Positions 1 to 12,632 of a DNA stretch of 64,000 nt are shown in pieces (positions within the stretch are counted from its first letter, which is position 1; every line of letters starts with the position of its first letter). The notes under the pieces were generated by a model. It was not told the DNA's origin. It saw nothing but the letters and a program-made list of their open reading frames with translations, and made no database searches. Source of the DNA: Haliotis rubra. Lineage: Eukaryota. Position numbers and translations under genes: made by a program. Where the stretch lies: contig NW_025767677.1 in assembly GCF_003918875.1 (NCBI RefSeq), positions 124,001 through 188,000 of the forward strand, written 5' to 3'.

Positions 1-132
1 TATGCTACTTATTAATGTATGTTTGTTTCCAGTCATTCTGTTGGTATTTGTTTAGTTTTTGTCTTTGAAACTTTAGGAAAGAATGTAGGATTGGAATCCA
101 CTAAACTGATCTTCAGTCTGAATTATCAAATT

Positions 133-255
133 CTGGCTTGCTATTCTTGAAACTTTCGTAGCCCTACGAACTTCTTAAGCCCATTCTTAACACATTGGCT
201 ATGATCAAAGTTAAGAATTCTTAGGGCTACGAACATTTCAAGAATAAGGGCCCAG
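133..255. mobile_element. Short palindromic MITE-like element
   Basis: The arms tattcttgaaactttcgtagccctacgaacttcttaa and ttaagaattcttagggctacgaacatttcaagaata are near-perfect inverted repeats. Confidence 0.6.
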
Positions 256-892
256 ATGTGTCAAAATCAAAAGCACTAACAAGTTACCTCCCTTTGCTCA
301 GAATTGGGGTGTTGTACATTAGTTTTCATGACCAAAATGCATCACTTTTCCAATATTCATTGCTATTTATTTCATGTAATTTCAGGCTATTTTCTTTCAT
401 TGAGGGCTTACACACAGTATACTGTCTCCAAACTGACCAGTGCTTGATTTATCATGGACTGCAACAAAACGTTAATTCATCCTGGGTTGACAGAGCACTT
501 GTTTCCTGAACTTTTCCCAGGTTGATTAGTTCTTAGTTCATATTTTTATATGTCTGAATCCTGTCCATTATTCTCTAAACGTGATCATTAATTGGTCCTC
601 ATACTATGAGTGGAAGTAGGAATAGCATCCAGAACAAGGATTGTTTTGTGTAGTTGTGTGATATAGCCTTTACTCATTGTGTCATGAGACTCGTGGAAAC
701 CGAATATGTAGTGAAACCAATCACTCGCCAGTTTCTGCCCGACTTTTTTCACCTTATACCAGCTAGTTTGAAGTCAGTTATCCAGAAGGAGATACCTTAT
801 CAATATTGGATTCAAGCTTAGAACAGCTCTCCTACCTTTGCTCATCAAGTGGTCAGTCAGTGTCTTGGTCGATTCACAGGCTGTTTAATCTT

Positions 893-1057
893 GGGGGATG
901 GTGGGTTAGTCTAGTGGTTAAAGCGTTGGCTCGTCACACCGAAGACCCAGGTTCGATTCCCCACATGGGCACAATGTGTGAAGCCCATTTTTGGTGTCCC
1001 CTGCCATGATATTGCTGGAATATTGCTAAAAGTGGTGTAAAACCACACTCACTCACT
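893..1057 (+). mobile_element. tRNA-derived SINE (family A)
   Basis: A box TAGTCTAGTGG, B box GGTTCGATTCCC, (ACTC)n tail; 11 related copies in the window. Confidence 0.9.
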
Positions 1058-2374
1058 GTTGAATCTTGCTGTGGCACACTCACTCACTCACTCACTCATG
1101 GTTGAATCTTGCTGTGGCACAAAACTACATTCAGTTAATACTCAGGTGTGTTCAGTTTGAGGATTTTTCAGTATTGCTCATCACTTTACAAGGAGGTTGC
1201 AACATATAAATAAACTATTTTGACTATTCACAATTTTCCATGAATCAGCATAATCACTGACCTTTTTGTCCCATGCAAAGTATATTACTGTCATATTATT
1301 TTTGGACATAACGGTTTTTAGTTGGCTACTTACAGCATCACTGCTCAATAATTTATGCTGTGATGTAATAGCTGTGTTGCATATAGTGACTCGTGTTATA
1401 ACAAAATACATGGAGGAAAGCAATCTACAGTGAGACAACTTGATATGGATTATCTCCCTTTGATCAGACCTGAACATAAATGAACTTTTCAGTGTCATTT
1501 CTTAGGAGTCGATTAATAATTGTGATAAGGATTAATCATGTTAAGATCTCTCGTATCTTGAAATAAGTCCTACACTGATATTTTGTTATGATGTTGATAA
1601 ATCAAGCATATCCATGTGCCTCATTTCAAATGTTATTTTTCTATTTGTTGTAATAAATTGTTCTGAATAACTATGGTTTGTTTGTCGTCATATTTAGACA
1701 TAGAAGCACAAGCACATTTTGACAGCATTCATATTTTCTTATCAAATGATCATCCATCTTCACATTTTTGTGTGGCTATGCACCTATGTTGTCTGGATAT
1801 ATGTTGTCATGCAGTCTTATTGAAATCAGATGCAATTCCAGTCTGCATGAAGAAATGATGACTCACCCTTTCACCTCCGTATCTGAAGATGCTGAATGAA
1901 GGATTAAATCAGATCTCATCTTTCTCAAACAATTTGGCTGTACCATCTCGATTCAATAATTGTAATTTTGACAAAAGAAGACTCACAATGAACACAAGTA
2001 TTCCTTCAATGGAACTCCTGTTTGGGTGGTCAAAAATGACGTGTATAAAATATGGTTCAGTGTAAGTGATGGTCTTAATTACTTCCAATCATCTTATTCA
2101 AAAACAGTGTGCCTATCCACAAAGTGTTCATTGCATTATGAACAGTCGTAGGTATATTGTTTGTCATAGGCTTACAAATATTGCTGATCCAGGTGACACT
2201 ATCCTAATGTCTTTATTCAGTTTCCATGTATGACAAACAAATGTTCAGAATTCTATCATTTAACCTATGCTTTTCTGATTAATGGTTGATAAATTGTTCC
2301 AGATTTTAAAAAGTCAGGTGCAACACCACAAAGCTGAACAATGTATATCCCAAAACTGATATGCTCCTCATTCC

Positions 2375-2777
2375 CAGTGTTCGAAATAGCTACTGGCCCA
2401 CTATCCAAATGCTAGCTGATTGTGAATCGGGCCAGTAATATATTATTAAAGCTATACAGACTGGCTTGCTGAAAATCTGATAATTTGTTCTTTATTTAAT
2501 GCACATGACTACGATTAAGTCGGTTATTCAGGTGTTAAAAATCAGTGTTACACGAAGATCGCTATATAAATAATGTTAATAGCATTGCGCCAAAGAGGTT
2601 AGGAACCATTACAACACAAATGTGTACATTCGACATCTTCAGTTGGCAAACATCACATCAGTTCTGACCGATGTGCATTTTGATATCGATATTTTGCCGG
2701 GCCAGTGATGTGGGCTAGCAACATTTTTACTTAACTAGCCCCTCTGGCTAGTGACTTCAAAATCAATTTATACACTG
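2375..2777. mobile_element. hAT-type MITE
   Basis: CAGTGT...ACACTG termini with 8-bp TSD CTCATTCC (2367-2374 and 2778-2785). Confidence 0.8.
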
Positions 2778-2986
2778 CTCATTCCCAAAAATAAATTGAC
2801 TTGAAACATTGAGGTAACAACCTCTCCCACCCCCTGTAAATGTTCAGGCACCAATGATTCAGTTCTACGGTACGTATTTACGCATTTAACCATTTTTCTG
2901 TGGACATCAGAATAACAAGTAAAGAATAAATAACATCAAGCACAAAAATGTTTTGTGTAGCTGTGTGATATAGCCCTTACTCAAAA

Positions 2987-3153
2987 AGTGAATAAGCAAG
3001 TTTAGGTTTACGCTGCTGTTAGCAATATTCCTGCAATATCATGGCAGGGGACACCAAAAATGGGCTTCACACAATGTAACCATGTGGGGAATCGAACCTG
3101 GGTCTTCAGCATGACAAGTGAATTCTTTAAACACTAGACTACCCCACCACCCC
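2987..3153 (-). mobile_element. SINE family A
   Basis: Reverse-complement copy. It interrupts a segment that is uninterrupted in the paralogous region 645-830. Confidence 0.88.
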
Positions 3154-3212
3154 ATTGTGTCCTAAGATAGTGATTCGTGCAAACTGAATATGGAGTGAAT
3201 CCAATCACGTGT

Positions 3213-3603
3213 CAGTTCTTGGTGACTGGTTATCACCTTAAACCAGGAACTATGCAGTCACTTATCGAGAAGGAGCACCTTATCAATATTGGATTCAAGC
3301 TCTCTCTCATCAGAATAACAAGTATGTTTTCTGTACCTCTTATTCAAGGCATGAAGATCCGGGAAGGAATTTATCTTCATTAACCCAGGCTTGTCTAAGG
3401 GGACTAACAGTTCTTGGTGACTGGTTATCACCTTAAACCAGGAAGTATGCAGTCAGTTATCCAGAAGTAGCACCTTATTTAATACTGGATTCAAGCTCTC
3501 TCTCTCAGAATAACAAATATGTTTTTTGTACAGCTTATTCAAGGCATGAAGATCCGGGAGGGAATTTATCTTCATTAACCCAGGCTTGTCTAAGGAGACT
3601 AAC
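3213..3603 (+). repeat. ~195-bp tandem duplication
   Basis: cagttcttggtgactggttatcacc...gactaa occurs at 3213 and again at 3408. Confidence 0.9.
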
Positions 3604-3752
3604 GGGATCAGGTGGTCAGGCTCGCTGACTTGGTTGAATGCTATCAATCACTGGATTGTCTGGTCCAGACTCGATTATTTACAGGCCGACGCTGTAATAG
3701 CTGGAATATTGCTGAGTGTGGCATAAAACTAAACTCACTCACTCACTCACTC
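3545..3752 (+). mobile_element. SINE-like repeat family B, sharing the 3' end (GGAATATTGCT...ACTC tail) with family A
   Basis: Different body, same tail; related fragments at 7375-7475 (-) and 36560-36735 (+). Confidence 0.7.
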
Positions 3753-4356
3753 TTATACTAGCACAGAGCCAGCATGGATCATCTGCAGAGGACGTAACAT
3801 ATTTTGAAGTTGGGATTCAAACCAAGGTTGAGATGAGTGAATGCTTTAACCACAACACCACCCCAAGCTCATTAAGGATTTGAAAGTCACCTGAGGAACC
3901 ACATAGTGCACATAAAGAAACACATCATCTTGTTATGCAAAATTCAAAAGTATCAAACAGAGATGACAAATTGGCCTGTCACTTAACCAAGTATTTCTTA
4001 TTAAATCTGTCCATCAACTCTGCCTCTTAAAACTCAATTCCAAACTTGTACAGTCAGCTGAAGTGTAATGTACAATGCATCATGCATGAAACTTGCATGC
4101 AAGAGCTTTGTGAAACGGGGCCCAGGGCCATCTTGGTAAGCAACAGCTGGCCATCACTGGCTGGCATATACACATCTTTCAACCTCTTTAGTTCAAACTT
4201 TAAAAAAAAAAAAATTCAAATTCACAGATTCTTATAACAACTGAATGCAAATAAATGATGAAAAATAGTGTTATTCCACTGACCAGAAACAACTAAAAAC
4301 ATTAACATTTCTAACTTGTCACTGTCATCATAAATAAATCATTGAAAGTACCTTAA

Positions 4357-5428
4357 AGGTCACATGCAACCAAAAAATCAAACATAATTAAAACACAATT
4401 ATCACTTATTCATGACATATAATATACATTGCTGGTTTTGAAAAAACACATAAACAAAATTATAAGCGTACAATCGCACATCAAAAGTGCAAAATTGTGT
4501 ACTTCGGTTTACTTCCCAAGAAACGAAGCAGCCGGGATACTGAACCCAGTCAGAGCGGGTGGGTGTGCACTCAAGTGTAACGGCTTGTTCATTTGCAGAT
4601 GCCCTCACGGCTAATTGTGTGTGTCTATATAGAGATGTTGGATTTTGTAAATACATGCTCATTTTTTGTGTATAACATTTTGCAATCAACAGACATCATA
4701 ACATGTCATGCGTTCAAGTATCACACCTGCCTGTCTGTGTAATTACATAATGTGACAGAGACCGAACTCGGGCCATAAATCAATGCATTTTGTTTATGGT
4801 GTATAGTCTGATTGGTGTTAAGTTCAAATTGCATGTGGTCAGTGATAGCAGCTGTGTATTGAATATTGTCATTAGCAGACAGGCAGGCAGACACACAGGT
4901 GTCAATAAAACAAGACATTGAGTTTTGTCTGTGACAACGACATATCTATATCACAGTTAGAAATTCTGTCAACGCTAAATAATGACATTGCTTTTTAAGT
5001 ATCGAACTGAGAAAGTGTCTCGGTAAGAAGAACGTGTCGTGAAATAGACAAATGAAATTATATAAACAGTTAATTTACTGTCATAACACATAAAAAGCTC
5101 GCGCTTGTGAGAAATCAACAAAACATTAGAAAAATAGCTCACACCAAAGTCTCACCGAGTATTCACCCGACAACCCGCTTCCAAGCTCCGCGAACCTATT
5201 TACTTGCGCACGTGCTATGAGCGCAGCCCATCTGTTGAAACCCGTTTTCCCCAGAAAAGTCTGGGGAAAATTAGTGAAACGTTTGAACTCCGATTTCGCG
5301 CGGTTTTTTTCATCGCCTTATTTTTCAACTTTATAAGTTGAATTTGCATTTTTGACGCTTTGTTTCGGTAAGTCCATACCGAAAGGTATCAGAATCTGCA
5401 AAGTTGTGTTTTACGTTGCATGTGACCT
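4357..5428. mobile_element. Non-autonomous Kolobok-type DNA transposon
   Basis: Perfect 14-bp TIR AGGTCACATGCAAC, TTAA TSD on both sides, purine (AG) terminus, no transposase ORF. Confidence 0.8.
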
Positions 5429-5592
5429 TTAACTAAAATCTGTAGAAAATTTACTTAATAAAAACATTAACAATAACATACATGTGCATGAAAGTTTTAA
5501 TTTCTTATTTGAATTTGTTAAATGTTAACGATGATGCATATGACACCAGAGATCGTTTGAGTAATTCGTATTATAGAAGTTTGTGGAATCAT

Positions 5593-5772
5593 GAGTGAGT
5601 GAATGAGTGAGTGAGCGAGTTTAGGTTTACACAGCTTTCAGCAATATTCCAGCAATATCACAACTGGAACACTAGAAAGAGGCTTCACACATTTTGCGGT
5701 CATGTGGGGAATCGATCCGGGCCTTCGGTGTGACGAGCAAACGCTTTAACCACAAGGCCACCCCACTGCCCC
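5593..5772 (-). mobile_element. SINE family A
   Basis: Full-length copy with TSD gaatcatgag. Confidence 0.9.
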
Positions 5773-5900
5773 AGAATCATGAGCCAGACACATAACATTT
5801 GAAGATGACAGCATGAATTGTTCCTATTTCCCAATTACAGAATACAGCTAATGTACCAGTCATATTCCTCATTGACATAATAGCATTTACATTGGTAATA

Positions 5901-6292
5901 TACTCAGTTTCACAAATAAGTAAGTAAATGGTGAGTAAAGCCATCCCACCGTCCTTGAATGTCTATTTTTGTGAAGGACGGCCTATCAAATAAGTAAGGC
6001 CATCCTTTGGTCGGGGAAATGTTTGACAAAATAGACTTAACTTGGTTTTAAATACTTGTTAGATCACACAATATAACACATATCCAAGATGTAGACTAAC
6101 TCTTTTCAAGTTACCTCTGTGTCTTGAAACTGGAAATTTGGAGAGAGGATGATAAAGATTGTGATCAAAATATTTGTTGGTTTCTTATTGTTTTAGTTTT
6201 TTGACTGACTGTCTTTGTTCAGGACTGGTCACTTTATTGGACAACCAGTCCTTGGACATTCCACATTTCAAAAAGAGTTTTTACACTGAGTA
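5901..6292. mobile_element. Probable MITE
   Basis: tactcagt...actgagta inverted termini and internal short inverted motifs. Confidence 0.4.
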
Positions 6293-6319
6293 CAGTCTGT
6301 ACGGCTCAAGACTGAACAC

Positions 6320-6799
6320 TAGTGGTGTTCCGATTCATTGAAATAATCGAAGATTGGTCGCAGTGGCCAACTGACCAAGCAATCGATCACATTTTCTCCA
6401 ATTGAACAGAAACGATTTTGGAACCGCTGTAATAGAGTTTGAAATACTTGATGATGGAACATATCTAGGACGTTGTCAGGGCCGAAAAACATGTTTAATT
6501 CTTAGAAAACTCACTCCCCTTTCTGAAAAGTCATGACTGAATATTTCTTGAAGCATCTGGGAAGTTTATGTTACAATGGAACTGAATAAGTTTACACTGG
6601 ATTTGCAAATGTAATTTGTGCCGTTTCTAAATAAAACAAAACAACAACAGAGAACCAAATGTTTTTTCTTTATACTTACCTGCAACTACAACCTGAATAG
6701 GAAAATCTAAAAAATGACGCTAACCAATTTTTTTCGATGATTGGTCACTGGTTTTGAACCAATCATCAATTGTCAGATTTCAACCAATTCCCAACACTA
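6320..6799. mobile_element. hAT-type MITE
   Basis: TAGTG...CACTA termini with 8-bp TSD CTGAACAC (6312-6319 and 6800-6807). Confidence 0.75.
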
Positions 6800-6902
6800 C
6801 TGAACACAACAAACAAGGGATCACAAATATTGTTGGAGGTAAATTTTTCACACAATTTTCTAAAGCTATCTCTCAGTATGTTCATGATCCATTACTGCTG
6901 TC

Positions 6903-6988
6903 GATAAAATCACCAGGTGCCAAATGCCGAAACTGGTTGTGATAAAATCACCAGGTGCCAAGTGTCAAAACTGGTTGTGATAAAATCC
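6903..6988 (+). repeat. 38-bp tandem duplication
   Basis: gataaaatcaccaggtgccaa...aactggttgt, about 2.2 copies. Confidence 0.85.
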
Positions 6989-7203
6989 TGCAAACAAACC
7001 AACCTTGAAACAGTAAGGAAGGTTTACAGTAAACATTTTAGTTATGTCAAGGCAAGTCAGCTTACAAACTAAGTGAGCAAAGTGAAATATGTTGTGGACA
7101 TTTTGCATTCTGGTGCCATTAAATTAATGTTTGAAGGATGAAAACCTTGGCAAACCTTGCATTCAAATCCCAGACTCTTGGTACTTGTCAGTTAAACAGT
7201 AAA

Positions 7204-7363
7204 GTGAGTGAGTATGGTTTTAAGCCGCTTTTAGCAATATTCCAGCAACATCACGGCAGGGTACACTAAATATGGGCTTCGCACATTGTGTCCATTGTGG
7301 GGAATCGAACCCATGTCTTAGGCTTGACGAGCAAACGCTTTAACCATTAGGCTACCCAACCGC
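7204..7363 (-). mobile_element. SINE family A
   Basis: Reverse-complement copy, followed by a family B fragment. Confidence 0.88.
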
Positions 7364-8225
7364 AACAGCATTCTGTTTGTTGTTTAACGCCACACTTGGC
7401 AATATTCCAGTCTCTAAATAATCAAGTCTGGACCAGACAATCCAGTGATCAATATCATGAGCACCGATCTATACAATTGGGAAAATACCATTCAATCTGG
7501 GGAGTACTTGCGCCCTTTACAGTTTATAAACATTGTATGGAACTCCATTCTGGTGACATTATTCATTCCTAAATCAGTATGGCATCCAACTATTGTCATA
7601 GCAGCTAATTCTAAGGCAGGTATTCATGCAAGTAAAACTCAAACAGCGTGTGGTCATAAGGCAAATTCTAGGATGCTCCGCTAAAAGATCAAAGGCGCCA
7701 ACAGTACTTTACCAGGCAATAAAGTACACTCTTTTGCATTAGGCCAAGGTGGAAACATTACATTTAATTTTTTTATGGATAAATGTCATAGTCTGGATGC
7801 AAGCGTCCTCGTACTTTAACTATAATAGTTCACGGCAAAAGTGTACTTTATTACACTATACATAGGGGTAGAGCAAACTGTATTTCATAATATATCAACC
7901 ATGACATGGTTAAGTTTGGGAAATTATTCAAACCTGATTCTACTTCCAGAATCAACAGAATCTTATGATTTCTCCATAATTATGTCAGTTAACTGCTTAG
8001 TGTCCAGGCTCCATTCTCAAAAGCAATTGCATTGCTGAAACGATAGTAACTCGGTTCTAACTCTCATACTTTACCTCAGAATTATGACCATTATAGTGCT
8101 ATGATTGCTTTGGGAACTGAAACCCAAGCTGCTTGTGTTTAATCCTTGACATACATAATGTCAAGGTGCTTGTTTACTATACATGTGGAAAAAGATAACA
8201 GTAAACACGGGTACAGTTCTGTACA

Positions 8226-8231
8226 TTTATT
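8226..8231 (-). terminator. Polyadenylation signal AATAAA
   Basis: Minus strand reads ggAATAAAtgtacagaactgtacccgtgtttactgttatcttttt; UGUA motifs lie upstream. Confidence 0.55.
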
Positions 8232-11200
8232 CCATAGAGTTTATCACATCATGCATTGTCAACAGCTATATACAACTTAACACTCTACACCTGAAAATAT
8301 ACAACTAATCGTCTTTTCAAAAATAAATGGTACATTTGTCACGTAAAATGCTGCCAGCTAAATTTGAGAGAAATTCATCATGATCTGTGTCAACACGTCC
8401 CATGGCTACCACTCAGAAGCTCCTTAACAACAAAAATAGGATTGGCAGACTGACATCAATTTCACAGGAATGAACATGCCGGGTCTTCACTAGTTAAATC
8501 CACCCGTCCCTTCGTCAAACCTACCTTCATCTCGCTACACCTACAGCAACCATATTAGTAAAATATTAGTATCATTTTTACATTTATGAGACTGTTAAAA
8601 CCCATCCACATTGCGACTACAAGGAAACTTACCAACCCATGATGAAAATGAATAGCCCTGTATTTAGTGAAATTGACGACAGTCTCAGCCAATCCCTTAA
8701 CACAGTGCAATAGAAACAAACAATGATGTACAAGAGAAAAGTGGGATATTTCAAAAGAGTCAAAACCACAGCAGTTTTGAGGAGTAATTCATTATCCAAA
8801 CCAAGAAATTCACACAATGAAAACCTCATTTCCATCAAATAAATAAAGCTACCAAGTCCAAAAAAGCTGAAAAATTCAATTCTGGCGAATTTCCAATAAA
8901 ATCCATTAGAAGAATAACAAATACATGTTAGCCAAACAATGACACACAAGAATCGGAATTCCAATAAAATAAAGGATATATAATTGTAATGCATGTTTCA
9001 GCACGTTTAGAAATATTAGTGTAAAACAACTACACAAAACGCTGCTTATTCCCTCTTCAATCCAGCACGTTTTCTGTTGTGTGTAAAGTCTTGCTTCGAT
9101 AGGCAAAGGTAAGATCTCTTGGAGAAACATGAGAGAAAATCAGAATTCTAGTAATCTAGAAAAGGTATAGAAAGGAAGATGTATCACTTCAAATTTCTCA
9201 GGAAATAAAACCATATTGACAGCTATACTGGCAACTTACTTATCAATGTCGATCTACATGAGATACTAGAATTAACTTAGATTGATATTTACACCATTCA
9301 TTTGACAAGGAGCACTTGGCTTGCCACAACTACAATCTGTACACATTCATTACAACATTGTCAGTAACTCACATAAACATGGTGGAATTCTATCCGTAGT
9401 CAAGAAATACAAAGCAGTGCCAGTCAAGTCCTTTTCAAAATTTCATTAATACCAACAGAACTCGAAGCAGTGCAAAAATAATTTATAGTTCAATTATTAC
9501 TTGTCCTGCAAATCAAATTACACCACGCAATAGAATTATTTCATTTTTCGTTAATCGTAAATTATTCATACAATGCCTTCAAATATAAATTCATTCTGTT
9601 TTTGGCTGTTGAGAACATAAATAAACAAATATTGATTAATATATTCAGTATTCAACCAGCCCCAGTTAATGGACCTATCTTTTAAATAATCCTGATGATA
9701 AACACTTTGCTCACTGCATCTATGTACTGATATTTACAGATTCAGTTCCAAGCACCAGAATATTCAAAAAAGGACTTGACAAGCTTCATGGCAGTGGATC
9801 GCGGGATTTTGGCAACCATAAACCCAATTCTGTCAACAATCAACTGTGAAGTGCTAGCCAGCAGCCTATTTTCACAAGACAAGTTTTAAACTCTTCGCTC
9901 TTCATGCCATGATCAATTTCTCATGAAACTCTCACACCTGACAGATATCACTTTCTTTGTACTTCAACAATAGCACTACAAACTATGGCTAGACGATCAT
10001 ATGCCATTTTCTTCAAGAGTCCAGCTAATCAACTGGGGGAAACTAGTATCAATATATTTCGGTCTGTTTCTAGTCACAAGGTCACCCATACAATTTCAAA
10101 TCAATGTATCTTAGCCCAACGATGAAATATTGCACTCTACTGGGTGGAATGGTATGTAACTTTCTTCACCATATACAGGTTATTAAATAGCACAAAGACA
10201 TAAATATTTTCTAAATTTTCAAAATCTTTTGCAAGCTTCAGAACAGAAATTGTTTCTGCATACTATGCAGCATTCTATTAAATTTAACAAAATATATTTA
10301 AATAAGGTGTTTGCCTACTGTTCAAAATCGTTTTCAGGAGAGACTCTCCGAGTTATTCTGTAGCAAGCTTAGCTTTAAGTACACGACACAGGTTCTAGGA
10401 ACCGTAACATAACAAAGACGGACACAAGAATGCACCAACAGATGCAGAAGGACGCATTACATGACAGAATGGTATCCCTGATCTGGTGAGAGTAGCCTCC
10501 CATTACACGTACATCTACGCGCTGACGACATGAAATGACAACATTTCCATGAGCCAATGACATTATGACATGGGGTGACGTGACTTATAAACATAATGAT
10601 CAACATGATATGAGGGTGTTAAATACATGAAAATGTGGAAAAGAACGACAGCAAATCAGTTCCCGATTTGTGAAAATTGCCGATTTCATTCTCAGGGTTG
10701 CACACACAAAACCGAATTTATCAGATATATTTTGCACTAAAATAAATACATTGCATCTCAGGTCAAAAAGGTGCTCGTTTTAATTTCCAATTAGCATTGT
10801 AATCACATTTCTATCTTGTATGCAGTTAATTGTACAAATGGCTTGCCAGAGCACACACTGTGATGATCAAAATGAAACTATGAATGAAGTGATTTACAAC
10901 TGTACACTACAATTTCCTGTACATATTTACACGGGGCGCTATGCCCTCTTGAGCATTCATAGTTAGTGCCATTTTTCCCGACATCGTGCCCACCACAGAA
11001 TATCTTACAGTCCAATATTCTGTCTTTGGCTTACGTGTTTTGATCTTTATGTGCGTACGCAAGCTCTATAAAAACAACTGCCAGAATACTATACCGATAG
11101 CACAACATAAAATGTACCATCAAGCCAGCCATGCAAGAACAGAAGCAAGTCTAACGAACACAATCTGAGACAGCTAAAATGGTCAGCTTAAAAATGAAAT

Positions 11201-12018
11201 TTGGTAAAATTAACCCAGTTGATGGCTCCATATTTACGGAGTGCTCTGTCCACTGCACACTAGCAAATTCCATGAGAAGATATCCTGAGGTCGGCAAGGT
11301 GCCGGCGACACTGAAATGAGGTCCTGAGATCGCAATGTACATCCTTAGAAGCACACAGTACCACTAACAGCTCGACAGACGTGACGGACAGACAGACCGA
11401 TCTGCACCTTCCAGCACACTGCCGTCTGTTTGGTGGTCGTTGCATGCATCGTTAAAGCTTTATGATCACCCACCGTCAATGGTGGTCCCCTGTACAATCC
11501 GTACAGTAATCCATACAGTAGAATCTGTACAGTGACTGTACAGTCAGTACATACACTAAACACAAACGAGCAAAACAATTCAAACTCAAAATAGCTGCCT
11601 TTTCACATCCGGAACTGAACAGACCCAGTCTTTTTTAGTAGGTCCATGCAATTCCAGACAAATTAGAATAATAATAATAATAATCATGATAGTCATATCC
11701 GTGTTATGAATAAGCACATAAGCTTGCCACCAGCCACGCAGGTGTTCCTGCCAGCACACAGACAAGCAAAACCACTACATACACTACGCCCCTGGCATAC
11801 TGTTCCCATTAGTAGAGAAAAGTCACAAAATCTTCAGATTTTGGCTTGCAAAGAACATCTTGTTCAGTTTTTAATCCAATGCACATGGCAACTGTCACTT
11901 CATAAATAAGCCTCAGGAAAAAATCAGTGTGACGTTCAACAAGTCTATTGTCTTGAAAATTCGTAAAGGTGATAAACCATATAGGAAATGGTTCACAGAT
12001 TACATATCCAGGTAAAAC

Positions 12019-12423
12019 GTATATTCCAGTGTTTGTCGCAATCGGGTTGTACTCTATTCCGGGGGTATTCCGTAATCAGGTCTCTTCAAGCTTGCTCCAT
12101 ACCTCATGGCTGTGCTGCCAGAGAGAGCCTGAAGATCAGACTATGTATCAGGTATCATCCAAGTATATCCATAGGTTAAGCAGCACCCTGGGTATCCACT
12201 GGGTATTAGAATACCTCAAGTATCTGCTCATGGTACACCTGGGTATCCTTGGGTATCCTTGCCCTCATCTCCAAATGGTACTCCAGGTAATAGCTTGCTC
12301 CAATAAATAAATGTAATACTCCATTCTTCCTCCACAAATTTGAGCGTATTCTCCTGGTGTATTTCCTCTTTACTGCAAGCATATTCCTAGTAAGCTAATC
12401 CAGTATGGTGTCTATGTACTCCC
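12019..12423 (-). promoter_or_regulatory. GGA-N0-3-UAC motif cluster (proximal 3' UTR)
   Basis: 11 copies of plus-strand GTA(N0-3)TCC in about 400 bp immediately after the stop codon. Confidence 0.55.
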
Positions 12424-12500
12424 AAGCATACAGCAAGCATATTCAAGCATCCTCTTCCTCATCCATGGGGCACACAAGGCCTTTCTGCACGACGTTCTCC

Positions 12501-12632
12501 TCAGCCCACTGTAGTAATGATGATGAGAGCGTGAGCCAGATCCTGAATGTGTTCCACCAGACCTGTTGTGTTCCGGGCTACAGAGTCGTGCGAGAACTCA
12601 CAGGGTGGGAAGATGTGCACCACATAGGCAGG
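12501..12632 (-). CDS. spen: spen last coding exon (SPOC C-terminus and stop)
   Basis: Acceptor tttccag|CCT; PAYVVHIFPPCEFSH...HALIIITTVG*; TGA at 12503-12501. Confidence 0.96.
   Translation of the reverse strand, partial: PAYVVHIFPPCEFSHDSVARNTTGLVEHIQDLAHALIIITTVG

Larger units (their letters stand above)
386..3510 (+). pseudogene. Decayed, internally duplicated exon-like fragments of an unknown gene
   Basis: Paralogous segments 645-830 and 2950-3302 keep a shared reading frame (LCDIA.THCV...TEY.V.PIT.QFL...HL.P....S.I.KE.LINIGFKL) behind a tttgtgtag acceptor, but carry a frameshift or a SINE insertion. Confidence 0.4.
8200..12500 (-). other. spen: Probable ~4.3-kb spen 3' UTR
   Basis: Transposon-free stretch after the stop, ending at a minus-strand AATAAA (8231-8226) followed by a GU/U-rich tract. 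Confidence 0.6.

Noticed and set aside
893-965. Possible tRNA gene
   Set aside because: The A and B boxes belong to the head of a multicopy SINE with body, tail and TSDs.
12455-12503. Stop-codon readthrough or selenocysteine at the spen TGA
   Set aside because: Context TGA-G is not the leaky TGA-CTA type, another TGA follows after 13 codons, and SPOC normally ends here.
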